Below are positions 63,916 through 64,000 of a stretch of DNA of 64,000 nt, piece after piece (the first letter of the stretch is position 1; each line of letters begins with the position of its first letter). The notes under the pieces were generated by a model. That model saw nothing but the letters and a program-made list of their open reading frames with translations, searched no databases and had not been told where the DNA came from. The stretch is from Acetobacter sp. 46_36 (GTDB lineage Bacteria > Pseudomonadota > Alphaproteobacteria > RF32 > CAG-239), in assembly GCA_001917135.1 (NCBI GenBank), contig MNTT01000008.1:6216-70215 (forward strand), written 5' to 3'. The position numbers were made by a program, and so were the translations under genes.

Positions 63916-64000
63916 GGCTTTGCCGCTTTGGCCGGCCGGGCTGCCGTTTTTTCGTATTCCGGTTCAGACCAAAAAAGGGAGCGGTTCCATACCGCTCCCT

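Noticed and set aside
1-64000. tRNA, rRNA, tmRNA and RNase P genes
   Set aside because: I scanned every intergenic region for T-loop-like GGTTCGAATCC-type motifs and long structured non-coding stretches and found none. All gaps except 50555..51308 are under 400 bp.

Overview
This is a 64-kb chromosomal, mostly housekeeping segment of a Gram-negative bacterium. It is most likely an alphaproteobacterium with a fermentative lifestyle. Lineage markers: GapR/DUF2312, a CcrM-like beta-class DNA methyltransferase, an EIIA-Man/HPr pair, IHF-beta, LapA and an LptG-LptD-SurA-RsmA cluster. Metabolic markers: AdhE, L-LDH and pyruvate kinase. About 59 protein genes are supported, including the rfbACDB dTDP-rhamnose operon plus LPS/O-antigen-type glycosyltransferases, PBP1A, PolA, AcpP-FabF-MltG, AccD, GrpE, FtsH, FolA-RnhB, PrmA and PepP. 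I saw no rRNA, tRNA, CRISPR array, transposase, integrase or prophage genes. Seven things deserve a second look. (1) An orphan, translationally coupled gene pair (422 aa + 122 aa, 40572-42208) sits behind a perfect 12-bp palindrome. Its small partner has a paralog that opens an operon of EIIA-Man, HPr and an orphan DNA methyltransferase. A 538-aa orphan (10664-12280) shares short motifs at both termini with the 422-aa protein. (2) Intergenic DNA carries an unusual density of locus-specific, degenerate tandem repeats. Several are visibly copied from the adjacent gene terminus: the stop-codon regions of polA, rsmA, PBP1A and a lipoprotein gene, and the RBS+ATG of rnhB. Similar repeats sit inside two membrane glycosyltransferase-like genes. 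(3) A chlamydial-type AaxB/AaxC arginine decarboxylase/antiporter acid-resistance pair is present. (4) A 1.6-kb AT-rich two-gene islet encodes a ProX-like trans-editing protein and an atypical arginase-fold enzyme. (5) A Cys-rich LRR-like orphan is driven by a textbook consensus promoter. (6) A promoter-plus-terminator-bounded candidate sRNA lies in the largest intergenic gap. (7) A PAS-only membrane sensor has no kinase domain. All functional calls come from motif recognition by eye, and no database search was run.
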